From the NCBI GenBank assembly GCA_033581555.1, contig JAVQSZ010000004.1, positions 19,321 through 83,320 of the forward strand: a stretch of 64,000 nucleotides of DNA. Direction: 5' to 3'. This document shows, piece by piece, positions 16,598-25,969 of this stretch (positions are counted from its first letter, which is position 1; each line of letters opens with the position of its first letter). A program made the translations under genes and the position numbers. The notes beneath the pieces are model-generated. The model searched no databases, was not told the origin of the DNA, and worked only from the letters and a program-made list of their open reading frames with translations. The DNA comes from Nitrososphaerota archaeon (GTDB lineage: Archaea; Thermoproteota; Nitrososphaeria_A; Caldarchaeales; Calditenuaceae).

Positions 16598-18793
16598 TCA
16601 GCGTCTCGGCCTCAGCGACCTCAGGACCTCGCCGACGTCGTTGGTAGGTAGCCTACAGGAGAAACCCTCGCAGAGGTAGAACGTCGGGCCGTCCCCGATG
16701 ACCGACTTGTCCGAGACCGCGTCCCTGAGCAGCTCCGGCGCGGAGCCCTCCCTCACGGGCGCGAGGACCGCGTAGGGGTGGCAGCTCCTGTAGAGCCTGA
16801 GCAGCGTCTCCGCGTCCATCGGTCCCTTAGAGACTACGAATAGCTCCCTCGCTTCCTTGCTTAGCAGCGGGAGCTCCGCGACGAAGTAGGGGAAGCTCAG
16901 CGGGTCCTCCGAGATCCTTCCGCTTAGTCTCCTGGCGATCGAGTCGGCCGCCTCGCCGTATCTCTGGGAGGCTGTCGCGTGGAAGAGCCTCGCGAGGAGC
17001 GAGAACGCAAGCGTCGTGCCGGTCGGGATCACCCCCTCGTAGTTCTCCGTGAGGTTCGAGTGGGGCCCCTGCTCGTCCTCGGGCGAGTACAGAACCGAGC
17101 CGTCCTCCCGGACGAACCTCTCGAGTAGGGCGTCGGCCATCGAGGCCGCGATCTCGAGGTACCTCTCCTCGCCCGTTAGGGACCAGACGTCGAGGGCAGC
17201 CCTCCCGACCGCGGCGTAGTCCTCCGACCTACCCTCGAGCTCCCCCCTGCTCCCGAGCCAGTACCTCCAGAGCCTCCCGCCGTCGAAGAGGAGGCGGACC
17301 AACGAGTCGAGGGTCTCCCGCGCCAGCCTCAGGTAACCCGCCTCGCCGAACGCCGCGGCGGCCAGCGCGATCCCGGAGACCGCGAGCCCGTTCCAGGACG
17401 CGATCACCTTCTCGTCCCTCTCGGGCCTGACCCTACTGGACCTGATCTCGAAGAGCCGCCGCCTCACGTGCTCGAACGTTTCCTCTGTCCTCATCCCGAA
17501 CGCAGCGGCGAGCTCGGAGGGATCTCCAGCGGCCATCAGGACGTTCCTCCCCGCCTCGAAGTTCCCAGACTCGGTGGCGCCGAAGAACCTCGCGACGGCC
17601 CTCCCCCTCTCCTCGCCGAAGGCCTCGATCAGCTCCCTGTAGGTCCAGGTGTAGTAGCGGCCCTCCTCGCCCTCGGACTCGGCGTCGAGGGACGAGCAGA
17701 AGCAGCCGGACTCGGATCTCAGCTCCCTGACCATGAACCCGACAGTCTCCCTGACGACCCTCTCGTACCTCTCGAGCCCAGTCAGGACGTAGGCCTCCGC
17801 GTAGGCCGCGGTCAGGAGGGCGTTGTCGTAGAGCATCTTCTCGAAGTGGGGGACCCTCCAGGCCCTGTCCACCGAGTACCTGTGGAAGCCTCCGCCGAGC
17901 TGATCCATTATCCCGCCCCTCGCCATCGAGTCCAGCGTCCTCACGAGGACCCGTCTCGAGAGCTGGTTGCCGGTGAGCGCGTGGTGCCTCGAGGCGACCA
18001 ACAGCAACCCGACCTGCGGGAACTTGGGGGCGTTCCCGAACCCCCCGTAGTCCTCGTCGAAGAGCATCACGAGCTGGTCGAAGGCGTTCGCGAGGGCCTC
18101 GTTCGACTCACTCGGCCTTTCCCTCGGCCTCGGGAGCGAGAAGCTCTCCCTGACGAGCCTGTCGATCCTTTCGGCCTCCGCGACGACCTCGTCCCTCCTG
18201 TTCTTCCAGGCGTTGATCACCGCGAGCAGCACCTCCTTCAAACTCGGGAGTCCGTACTTAGGCTCCTTCGGGAAGTACGTCCCTCCGTAGAAGGGCTTTA
18301 GGTCCGGAGTCAGGAAGGCCGTCAGCGGCCAGCCCCCGGTCCCCGTCATCAGCTGGACCGCCCTCATGTAGTACTCGTCGACGTGTGGGTGCTCCTCTCG
18401 GTCGACCTTGACGGGAACGAAGTGCCTGTTCAGGAGCTTCGCGGTCTCCTCGTCCTCGAAGGACTCCCTCTCCATCACCGAGCACCAGTGACAGGCGAGG
18501 TACCCGACGCTGAGGAAGATCGGCTTGTCCTCGTCCCTCGCCTTCCTGAAGGCCCCCTCGCCCCAAGGGTACCAGTCTACCGGGTTGTGTGCATGCCTCC
18601 TGAGGTACTGGCTCTTGGCCTCTGCTAGCCTGTTCGGCCCCTTCCTCTCCACGTCCCTTCCGCCCCCTCCCCGTAGATAACGTGTTCCGGTCGACCGAGC
18701 GCTGCTGGTGGCCGCTCTGGCGCCCGTGCTGGAGGCCCCTGAGGGCACAGAACGTCCGCTTGACGTCTCCGGAACGAGGGCCCGGTCCTCCAT
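16598..18793 (-). CDS. thioredoxin-domain protein YyaL/DUF255 (SPATA20-like, with six-hairpin glycosidase-like domain)
   Basis: [50 protein letters not shown]. The N-terminal ~47 aa are low-complexity, so the true start may be GTG ~18652. Confidence 0.8.
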   Translation of the reverse strand: MEDRALVPETSSGRSVPSGASSTGARAATSSARSTGTRYLRGGGGRDVERKGPNRLAEAKSQYLRRHAHNPVDWYPWGEGAFRKARDEDKPIFLSVGYLACHWCSVMERESFEDEETAKLLNRHFVPVKVDREEHPHVDEYYMRAVQLMTGTGGWPLTAFLTPDLKPFYGGTYFPKEPKYGLPSLKEVLLAVINAWKNRRDEVVAEAERIDRLVRESFSLPRPRERPSESNEALANAFDQLVMLFDEDYGGFGNAPKFPQVGLLLVASRHHALTGNQLSRRVLVRTLDSMARGGIMDQLGGGFHRYSVDRAWRVPHFEKMLYDNALLTAAYAEAYVLTGLERYERVVRETVGFMVRELRSESGCFCSSLDAESEGEEGRYYTWTYRELIEAFGEERGRAVARFFGATESGNFEAGRNVLMAAGDPSELAAAFGMRTEETFEHVRRRLFEIRSSRVRPERDEKVIASWNGLAVSGIALAAAAFGEAGYLRLARETLDSLVRLLFDGGRLWRYWLGSRGELEGRSEDYAAVGRAALDVWSLTGEERYLEIAASMADALLERFVREDGSVLYSPEDEQGPHSNLTENYEGVIPTGTTLAFSLLARLFHATASQRYGEAADSIARRLSGRISEDPLSFPYFVAELPLLSKEARELFVVSKGPMDAETLLRLYRSCHPYAVLAPVREGSAPELLRDAVSDKSVIGDGPTFYLCEGFSCRLPTNDVGEVLRSLRPRR

Positions 18794-18882
18794 GAGCGTG
18801 GGCTTGTAGTTTCAACAATAAAGCGCATGGTCCGTTGTTATGACCACATCATTATTAAGCAACAATTTGTAGTACCCGCGCC

Positions 18883-20097
18883 TTGCGGGCCGAGACCGCT
18901 CGAGTCCTCAGTGCTGAGGCTCCGAGGATTTGGCCGCTGGGTGCGTTAGGCTTCGTCGCGCTCATCGACACCTCGATGATCTCGCCGGTGATCGCGTCCC
19001 ACGCGCTGCTGCTCGGCGCCGACAGGGTCTTCGCGGCCACGATAGCCGGGTCCTACTCGCTGGTCGCGATCTTCACGACGATGGTCGCGGGCTACTTGGT
19101 CGACAGGATCGGGAGGAGGAGGCTTCTAGGCGCGGGGCTCACCGCGGACCTCATCCTGATGTTCGGGTACGCGTTCTCGACGAGCCCGCTCCAGCTGCTC
19201 GCGGTCAGGATCGCCCACGCGGTCGCCGACGCCTTCGTCGTCCCTTCGGCTCTCGCGACGATCGGGGACCTGTTCCAGAGGGTCCTCGGCCGGTCGCTGG
19301 CGATCTACTGGACCTCCGTGGCCGTCGCTATAATTGTCGGCTCCGGGAGCGCAAGCGCCCTCGTGCTTAGGTTCGGACACCCCGGCGTGTACCTCGTCGT
19401 CGCCGGCGCGATAGCCGCGACCCTAATCACGCTCAGGCTAGGAGGCTACTCGCATAAGGAGGAAAGTCACCGCGGCCGCGGCTCCTACGGGGCCGCGATC
19501 TCCGCGCACGTCGTGCCGATCGCCCTCGCGTCGGCGGCCATGCTCTCCATGTACCTAGTGATCGGGGGGATCATCGGCACGGCTCCGTCGATGCTCGTGG
19601 AGAGGGCCGGCCTCGACGAGAGGGGAGCTGCCGCGATGGTCGGGATGTTCATGGCCCTCTCGACCGGAGTGGCGATACCGCTCTTCTTCGCCGCCGAGCG
19701 GGTCGCCTCCAGAATCTCGCCTTACGTGGGAGCTGCGGTAGGTCTGGTCGCGGCCTCTGCGGCGTCCTACCTCCTCGACGCGGGGGTTGCCAACAGGGCG
19801 CTCTGGTATGCGAGCGCGGTCGTGTTCGGCGTCACCCTCGGCTTCGTCTTCCTGACCTCCTCGTTCATCGCGGTCTCCCTGCCCTCTGAGATTCGCGGGA
19901 CTGCCTCGGGCATCTCCCAAGGGATGGGCCTCATGGGGGTCGTCGCGGGCTCACTGATCTCGGCGGTCCTCGCAGGCCTTCACCTGCCGGTCGGGACGTT
20001 CACGGTGATGGGCCTTCCCTCCCTTGCGACGGCTGGACTAGCGGCTGCAGTCTCCGTCCGCCGAGGGCGCATCGGGAAACCCGAAAATAGAGCCTGA
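18883..20097 (+). CDS. MFS transporter
   Basis: About 12 TM helices; GYLVDRIGRRRLL (MFS loop 2-3 motif). Confidence 0.7.
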   Translation: MRAETARVLSAEAPRIWPLGALGFVALIDTSMISPVIASHALLLGADRVFAATIAGSYSLVAIFTTMVAGYLVDRIGRRRLLGAGLTADLILMFGYAFSTSPLQLLAVRIAHAVADAFVVPSALATIGDLFQRVLGRSLAIYWTSVAVAIIVGSGSASALVLRFGHPGVYLVVAGAIAATLITLRLGGYSHKEESHRGRGSYGAAISAHVVPIALASAAMLSMYLVIGGIIGTAPSMLVERAGLDERGAAAMVGMFMALSTGVAIPLFFAAERVASRISPYVGAAVGLVAASAASYLLDAGVANRALWYASAVVFGVTLGFVFLTSSFIAVSLPSEIRGTASGISQGMGLMGVVAGSLISAVLAGLHLPVGTFTVMGLPSLATAGLAAAVSVRRGRIGKPENRA

Positions 20098-20110
20098 GCC
20101 GTGTAACGCC

Positions 20111-20659
20111 GTGAGCTCTAAGGTCTCGAAGGAGCAGATCGAGGCCTTCGTCAAGACCTGGCTCGGGTACGTCGAGTCGGAGAAGGAGAGGACGGGGCTC
20201 CCGATCGTTGGGGACGAGAAGAATGGCGACCCACTCTTCGTGGACCAGAGGGAGATCAGGCTCAGGTACCTCATCCCCGTGAAGAGGATCTCCCAGTTCT
20301 TCGAGGGCCTGAAGAGGAACGAGGTCCTCTACACCGAGTGCAGGCGATGCGGGTCCAAGTTCTTCCCGCCACAGTCCGACTGCTCAAGGTGCGGCTCCAA
20401 TGAGATGGAGTGGAGGAAGGTCGAGGGCGAGGGCACGCTCCTCACCTACACGAAGATCCTGGTCAAGCCGACGAGCTTCATGCACTACGACGACTACATC
20501 GTCGGGATCGCGAGGATGAAGGAGGGCTTCAACGTATTGGCGTGGGTGAAGGCCGGTGACGTCTCCGAGCTCAAGGTCGGGATGCCAGTGAGGCTCGAGG
20601 TCGAGAGGAGGCAGGAGGACAACTACCTCACGTACGTGCTGGTCCCAGTGAGATCTTGA
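20111..20659 (+). CDS. DUF35 Zn-ribbon + OB-fold protein (COG1545)
   Basis: CRRCGSKFFPPQSDCSRCGS...W..VEGEGTLLTYT followed by an OB-like C-terminus. Confidence 0.7.
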   Translation: MSSKVSKEQIEAFVKTWLGYVESEKERTGLPIVGDEKNGDPLFVDQREIRLRYLIPVKRISQFFEGLKRNEVLYTECRRCGSKFFPPQSDCSRCGSNEMEWRKVEGEGTLLTYTKILVKPTSFMHYDDYIVGIARMKEGFNVLAWVKAGDVSELKVGMPVRLEVERRQEDNYLTYVLVPVRS

Positions 20660-21456
20660 CGCTCGGCCTCACGCTGAGTGAGCTCAGGGCGCTTGTCGAG
20701 GAGGCGAAGGGGGTCCTCTCGGCTGAGCCCGCGGTCCTGAGGGTCGACGTCGGCAAGGTCCTCGTGATCGGGGACCTGCACGGCGACCTCGAGTCCCTGG
20801 AGTCGTCGCTGGAGCTGGTGGACCGGTACGATGTGCTGATCTTCCTCGGGGACTTCGTCGACAGGGGTCCCCACCAACTCGAGGTCCTCGCGGAGCTGAT
20901 GAGGGCGAAGGTCGAGTTCAGGGACAGGGTCCTATTGATCAGGGGGAACCACGAGACCGCCCAGATGAACTACGCCTACGGGTTCTACCACGTCGTCGCG
21001 AGGAGGTTCGGGGCCGGAGCCTACGGGCTGGTCGCGGAGCTCTTCTCAGAGCTCCCGATCTTCGCGGTCGTCAACGGCGAGACGATGGCGGTCCACGGCG
21101 GCATACCGAGGGGCGTGCGCTCGGTCGGGGAGCTGATGGGCGTAAGGAAGCAGGGCGAAGACCTCGAGGACGACGTAGTGGTCCAGATGCTCTGGAACGA
21201 CCCCGACGAGTCGATCGAGGACTTCGGGCCGAGCTGGAGGGGTCCAGGGATCTACACCTACGGCAGACGGGCTGTCGCGAGCTTCCTCTCGGCCTCCGGG
21301 CTGAAGAGGATCGTGAGGGCCCACGAGCCCGACCCGGACGGCCTCCGGTACAGCTTTGGCGGGTCCGTGATCACGGTCTTCTCCTGCAGGCACTACGGGA
21401 TCTCACCGGCGGCCCTCGAGCTGGGCCCCGACGGGCCGAGGAGGGTGCAGCTCTAG
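20656..21456 (+). CDS. PPP-family Ser/Thr protein phosphatase (PP1-arch-like metallophosphoesterase)
   Basis: GDLHGD, GDFVDRG, GNHE and HGG motifs in canonical order. 4-nt overlap with the DUF35 gene. Confidence 0.75.
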   Translation: MTLGLTLSELRALVEEAKGVLSAEPAVLRVDVGKVLVIGDLHGDLESLESSLELVDRYDVLIFLGDFVDRGPHQLEVLAELMRAKVEFRDRVLLIRGNHETAQMNYAYGFYHVVARRFGAGAYGLVAELFSELPIFAVVNGETMAVHGGIPRGVRSVGELMGVRKQGEDLEDDVVVQMLWNDPDESIEDFGPSWRGPGIYTYGRRAVASFLSASGLKRIVRAHEPDPDGLRYSFGGSVITVFSCRHYGISPAALELGPDGPRRVQL

Positions 21457-21458
21457 TA

Positions 21459-22337
21459 TTGAGGCCGTGGGAGGTCCTAGACCCGAGGGCCCTCGCGGAC
21501 TCGCTCTCCACAGGGGTGAGATTCAGGAGGGCCTTCGCGGTCTTCGGGATCGCAGCCGCGATGATCGCGACCTCCGGCGTCGTCAACACGGTCCTCCTAA
21601 CCGAGTGGGTATACCCGTTCGCCTCGTTCAGGGAGATCGCCCTGCCCTTTACCTCCGCGAGGGACGTCGCCTTCGCCTCTGTCGGATACCTCGTGATCGG
21701 GACGGTCGTCGTCATGTTCACGCTAGCCGCGGTCTCCTTCGCCTCCGGCAGGAGGGGCTTCTCGGCGGAGCTGGTCTCGGTGGTCCTGCACGCCTCGGCC
21801 TTCGTCGCGGTGGCCTCCGCGCTGGTCCTCGCCTACGGGCTCGTCGCGGAGCAGAGGACCTTCTACGTCGTCGGCGTCGAGGTCGAGGGCTTCAAGGCAG
21901 AGAACGTCTCCTACGCCGGTAAGCTCATTGGGAGCGGGGACGAAGTGAGGGGCGTTGCCGAGGTCGCGAGGGCGAAGAGGCTCGAGATGCGCGTCGAGCC
22001 GAACGACGTCGGGTCCCTCAAGGACGGGAACTATAGGGAACGGGTGGTGCTGAGGGGGCTGGCCGTCAGGGCCAACCGGACCGTATCGGAGGTCGGCGAC
22101 GTCGTGGTGAGCTCGATCACGTACGACCTAATGTCCTATGAGTCCCTTGAGTCCGTGGATATCGTCCCGAGGGTCCAGAGGGAGCCGATCTCCGCGGCGA
22201 TATCCGTGGGCGGCTGGGTCTCGATGGTCGTACATTCCTGTTGGACGCTCAAGATCAGGATGAGAGCGGGTAAGCGTTGGGCCGCAGGCGCCGCGGTCGC
22301 GGTCACGGTCGTCTTGCTGGTCCTTGGGATCTTGTGA
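21459..22337 (+). CDS. hypothetical membrane protein (about 4 N-terminal TM, central soluble domain, C-terminal TM)
   Basis: ORF with coding-like composition that starts 3 nt after the phosphatase stop. I recognise no motif. Confidence 0.5.
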   Translation: MRPWEVLDPRALADSLSTGVRFRRAFAVFGIAAAMIATSGVVNTVLLTEWVYPFASFREIALPFTSARDVAFASVGYLVIGTVVVMFTLAAVSFASGRRGFSAELVSVVLHASAFVAVASALVLAYGLVAEQRTFYVVGVEVEGFKAENVSYAGKLIGSGDEVRGVAEVARAKRLEMRVEPNDVGSLKDGNYRERVVLRGLAVRANRTVSEVGDVVVSSITYDLMSYESLESVDIVPRVQREPISAAISVGGWVSMVVHSCWTLKIRMRAGKRWAAGAAVAVTVVLLVLGIL

Positions 22338-23049
22338 CCCTCCCGGACCTGTCTATTTCCCCGGCCCTTATTCTCGTGCTGGAGACAGGGTTGCCGTCCT
22401 CCGCGAGGACGATGGGGCCGACCTCAACGGCTATCGGAGGCCTGCTCGAGGAGGTCCGCTCCGCCGCGATCCTGAGGCAGTTCTGGAGGGTGAACGGACT
22501 CCCCACGACGACGTCGAAGCTCTCGTCGGTCACGGGCGGCCCCAGCGGGTCGTCGAGCTCGCCGATCTCGCACCTCCCGGCCCAGCCGTGCCTCCTCACC
22601 GCCTCCTCCAGCTCCCTCCTCCGGTCCTCGTAGCTCGTGATCCCCCTCTTCCCCATCCTCGTCGCGAAGCCATCCGTGACCAGCCCCACGAAGACCCTTT
22701 CGGCTTCCCTGAAGGCCGCGTTGAGGAGCGCGAGGTGCCCGACGTGGAGCCTGTCGAAAGTCCCTCCGATGCCGGCCTTCCTGTACCTCGGCCTGACGTG
22801 CCTGCTCAACCTGATCTCGTCGAGGACCTCGTCCCACCAGAGCCTCGAGCACCTGAGCAGCACGAGCCCCACACCCCTCGGCAAGCCGAGCGCCCTAGAG
22901 AGCGCCTCGTGGTCGACCCTTGGGTCTGCAGTTACGACCTCCGCGGCGAGGGCCCTGAGCTCGCTATAGTTCGGCATCGACCTCACCGCCTCGAAGAGCA
23001 TCGAGTAGAGGAGCTCAGCCGACGCTGACCTGCTCCAGTCCTTGGGCAA
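22303..23049 (-). CDS. archaeal phosphopantetheine adenylyltransferase (cytidylyltransferase family) with a ~90-aa N-terminal extension
   Basis: GGTFDRLHVGHLALL ... DGNPVSSTRIRAGEID. An internal TTG (LSRHVRP...) would give the usual ~155 aa form. Confidence 0.75.
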   Translation of the reverse strand: MPKDWSRSASAELLYSMLFEAVRSMPNYSELRALAAEVVTADPRVDHEALSRALGLPRGVGLVLLRCSRLWWDEVLDEIRLSRHVRPRYRKAGIGGTFDRLHVGHLALLNAAFREAERVFVGLVTDGFATRMGKRGITSYEDRRRELEEAVRRHGWAGRCEIGELDDPLGPPVTDESFDVVVGSPFTLQNCLRIAAERTSSSRPPIAVEVGPIVLAEDGNPVSSTRIRAGEIDRSGRVTRSQGPARRP

Positions 23050-23137
23050 CCCGGTTCACCCCGATCTCCGCTCACGTGAAAAATCCTCCTTCTTGAGGGC
23101 GTTAGGCATTTTACCGGAGTCCCAGACTGTGAGGTGG

Positions 23138-24022
23138 ATGAAGGACCAGCGCGAGATGACCTTCCTCGAGCACCTGATCGAGCTGAGGAACAGAGTGAAG
23201 GTAGTCATCGTCTCGTTCGTGGTCGCCCTGGTCTTCTGGCTCGCGTTCCCGAAGGACCTGCTGTCCCTCAACCCGAACCCCGAGGGTTTCTTGACCGGCC
23301 AGTACGTCCCAGTCATCAACGTCGTGCTCGAGAGGACGCTCCAGCTCGCGGAGGGCAGGGTTAAGATCATCGCGGGTACCCTCACGTCGCCGCTGGAGGT
23401 CTACTTCGTCGCGTCGGCGCTGATGGCCCTCATCACAGTCTCCCCTGTTATAGCGTATGAGTTCTACATGTACGTCGACCCCGCCCTCTACCCCCATGAG
23501 AGGAGACTCGTCTGGGGCTTCATGGCCGCCTTCATAGGGCTCTTCTCCTTCGGGGCGACCTTCTGCTACTTCGTCGTGATGCCGCTGGTGATCAGGTTCA
23601 TGCACATCTTCGCCGAGATCGTGGGCGCCGAGTTCGTCGTCACAGCGGTCGACTACTACTTCATGGTCTTCGCGACCGTGGCGCTGATGGGCTTCCTCTT
23701 CACGATCCCCGCGGTCTTCGTCCTCCTGGTCAGGCTGGGGATCGTGAGCTCCTCGATCGTGACGAAGAACAGGCTCTACGTCTACGGGCTCCTCTACATC
23801 GCGATCGCGCTCATCACGCCGGACGGATGGCTGGTCGCGAACACCGTCCTCTTCCTCCCGATGGTGGTGCTGACGGAGACCGCAGTCCTGATCGCTAAGA
23901 GGTTCGAGAGGAGGAGGGAGGAGGAGGCGAGGGGGCCGCCGATGAGGAACTGCAAGTTCTGTGGGTACAGGATGCCCGAGGACGAGGTCTTCTGCCCGGC
24001 GTGTGGCAGGGCTCAGGAGTGA
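23138..24022 (+). CDS. tatC: Tat translocase subunit TatC with a C-terminal zinc-ribbon tail
   Basis: MTFLEHLIELRNRVKVV, six TM helices, and a tail CKFCGYRMPEDEVFCPACG. ATG 23138 lies ~25 nt after cattttacc. Confidence 0.85.
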   Translation: MKDQREMTFLEHLIELRNRVKVVIVSFVVALVFWLAFPKDLLSLNPNPEGFLTGQYVPVINVVLERTLQLAEGRVKIIAGTLTSPLEVYFVASALMALITVSPVIAYEFYMYVDPALYPHERRLVWGFMAAFIGLFSFGATFCYFVVMPLVIRFMHIFAEIVGAEFVVTAVDYYFMVFATVALMGFLFTIPAVFVLLVRLGIVSSSIVTKNRLYVYGLLYIAIALITPDGWLVANTVLFLPMVVLTETAVLIAKRFERRREEEARGPPMRNCKFCGYRMPEDEVFCPACGRAQE

Positions 24023-24345
24023 GGCGTCGGGGCGCGGAGCCTCTCCTTCACCTTCCTGATCGAGCCGGATGCCGTGACGACGTCCAGCGCGACGGGCACT
24101 CCGTTGACCTCCGAGACGCTCGAGGCCGCTAGGATTACCCTCCAAACCGAGCTAAGGGAGCACCTGAGGACTAGTTCGCCCTTGGACTCGTCGAACCAAA
24201 CCAGCTTCAGGTTTGCCCTGGCCGACTCGATCTGTCCGTAGAGCATCTCGAGGGCGGTATGGACCGTCCCGTGAACGGCTGCCGGGCTCGGCCGGCCGCC
24301 CCTCGACCTCACCCTAACCCCCAGGTACCTCCTCTTCGCCCTCAA
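24013..24345 (-). CDS. RNase P protein component 2 (Pop5/Rpp14-like)
   Basis: Starts MRAKRRYLGVRV (the KRRYL motif typical of archaeal Pop5), ~110 aa, immediately downstream of the Rpp30-like gene. Confidence 0.6.
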   Translation of the reverse strand: MRAKRRYLGVRVRSRGGRPSPAAVHGTVHTALEMLYGQIESARANLKLVWFDESKGELVLRCSLSSVWRVILAASSVSEVNGVPVALDVVTASGSIRKVKERLRAPTPHS

Positions 24346-25003
24346 CCGTCCACACCCCCCTCGGGTCCGAGAGCCCCGAGAGCCTCCTCGCGTTCTCGAC
24401 GACGATCGACTCCGGAATCCTCGAGACCGAGTCCAGCGCTAGCTCTGGCTTGAAACCGGTCCCGGTCAACAGCGAGGCCAACTGTACCGGCCTCCTCATC
24501 CCGATACCGTCGGAGGCCCCCGACGTCACGACCACCTTTACCCTCCCCCTCTCGATCCACCTCGAGGACCTGAGGAGCCAGGAGGCGAAGGAGCGCGGGT
24601 CCCTCAGGAACTCCGAGAACCTCAGCTCGACCGCGTTCTTGGCAACCTCAGCGACGTGCCTGTCGATCGGGATCATCTGCTCCGTCGGCGCCACGACGAG
24701 GTCCACTCTCGAGTCCCTCAGCGCGGCCATCAACACCTCCCTGCTCGGAGCCCTGACCGCGACGACGTGGTGCCTCCACCTGGCACTCCTCAGCATTCGG
24801 TAGAGCTCGTCGACGGACCTCGGGTGAACGGTGACCCTGCTGTAGACCTCGACTCCCCGGGCGATCCCCCCGAGCTCCTCGATCTCCGAACCCGTGACCT
24901 CGACTGCGACGCCCCTGAACCCTAGGGACGCAGCTGTCTCGACGAGCGACTCGGCCCCGGAGGCGGAGCCGGCAACAAGCCCGACGTCGTAGTACCTCCT
25001 CAA
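24314..25003 (-). CDS. RNase P protein component 3 (Rpp30-like TIM-barrel/PHP)
   Basis: YYDVGLVAG...LGFRGVAVEV... at ~229 aa from TTG 25003 (TTGA overlap with the upstream stop). The first 84 codons of the track ORF are Gly/Arg low-complexity and overlap the upstream gene. Confidence 0.65.
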   Translation of the reverse strand: MRRYYDVGLVAGSASGAESLVETAASLGFRGVAVEVTGSEIEELGGIARGVEVYSRVTVHPRSVDELYRMLRSARWRHHVVAVRAPSREVLMAALRDSRVDLVVAPTEQMIPIDRHVAEVAKNAVELRFSEFLRDPRSFASWLLRSSRWIERGRVKVVVTSGASDGIGMRRPVQLASLLTGTGFKPELALDSVSRIPESIVVENARRLSGLSDPRGVWTVEGEEEVPGG

Positions 25004-25371
25004 GCCCTCTGCCTCCGGACCTCTACCTTGATCGCGTCCCGCTCCGAGAGGACCAGCTCTCCCAGGTAGGCCGCCTGCTTGTCGAGCCTGACGTGGATTA
25101 CCTCCTGCGACCCGAGGACCTCGGTCCTCTCCGCGACGTAGTGCTCGGGCAGGTATGAGAGGAGCCTCTCCGCCACCGCCTCCGCCCCCTCGCCCCTCAG
25201 CTCGACCTCGACGACCGAGAGTGGCTCCCCGAAGATCCCGGTCGTCCTCGTCCATCGCGCGGCGCCGCTCACGTCGACGCCTAGCGCGTTCGACATCGCC
25301 CTCAGGACTTTCTCCTCAGACTCGGTCGCGGAGCAGATCGCCCTCGCCGTGACCGATGTGACCCTGCGCAA
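25000..25371 (-). CDS. DUF54/COG1931-type predicted RNA-binding protein (exosome-superoperon associated)
   Basis: ARAICSATESEEKVLRAMSNAL resembles the 'a.aTEdeeKV' N-terminal signature as I recall it. Its position upstream of Rpp30/Pop5 is the classical neighbourhood. Confidence 0.5.
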   Translation of the reverse strand: MRRVTSVTARAICSATESEEKVLRAMSNALGVDVSGAARWTRTTGIFGEPLSVVEVELRGEGAEAVAERLLSYLPEHYVAERTEVLGSQEVIHVRLDKQAAYLGELVLSERDAIKVEVRRQRA

Positions 25372-25372
25372 C

Positions 25373-25906
25373 TCAGTACCACCTGTCCTTCAGACCGATA
25401 AGGTAGGCTCCGGCGTTGGTCCCTACGTGTAAGGCCGCGGTAACCAACATCAGCAGCGCGACCGTCAGCGGGTCTGCCCAGCTCGGATGGCCGAAGGCCG
25501 CCCAAGAGACGATGAGGGCCGCGACGAGAAACCCAAGTTGGTCGAGGGCCGGGACCGACGCTCCCCTCTCGATCCCCGCGCGCCTCTTCGCGAACGAGCC
25601 CAGGACGTCACCGAACATCGCGCCCGCAGAGAGCAGAACGGGTTCGGCCGCGTGCCTGAACGTGCCTGGCGAGAGCAGCAGGACCGCGAGTCCGGCAGCG
25701 CTGCCCGCGGCGATCCCGGTCACGAGGCCCTCGACCGTCTTCCCGTCGCCCAGCAGCCTCCTGCCGTCGAGGAAGGTCCTCCCGAAGTCGAGCGGGTGGG
25801 TCGAGCCGACCAGCCTGACCGCCACGACGGGCGCGCCGTTCGCGACGTAGGCGGGGAAGACGTAGACCAGCGCGGCCAGTAGCCTCCAGACGATCCCTTC
25901 CTCCAT
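25373..25906 (-). CDS. carS: CDP-archaeol synthase (CarS, DUF46)
   Basis: FPAYVANGAPV...HPLDFGRTFLDGRRLLGDGKTVEGLVTG; ~5 TM helices, 177 aa. Confidence 0.75.
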   Translation of the reverse strand: MEEGIVWRLLAALVYVFPAYVANGAPVVAVRLVGSTHPLDFGRTFLDGRRLLGDGKTVEGLVTGIAAGSAAGLAVLLLSPGTFRHAAEPVLLSAGAMFGDVLGSFAKRRAGIERGASVPALDQLGFLVAALIVSWAAFGHPSWADPLTVALLMLVTAALHVGTNAGAYLIGLKDRWY

Positions 25907-25969
25907 CCGGCCTGCGATCGGGCCGACCTGCTAATGGGTTCTATGCCGAAGCCCCGAGGGACATTGGGC

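Noticed and set aside
23111-24145. 344-aa minus-strand ORF antisense to tatC. Similar long antisense or shadow ORFs include 10797-11717, 17468-18301, 27202-27801, 27638-28336, 33399-34097, 47640-48383, 56862-57521, 59709-60356 and 63152-63991.
   Set aside because: They are Arg/Gly/Pro/Asp/Glu-rich low-complexity translations with no motifs. Each lies opposite a gene with strong family signatures. This is typical of stop-codon-poor antisense frames in high-GC DNA.
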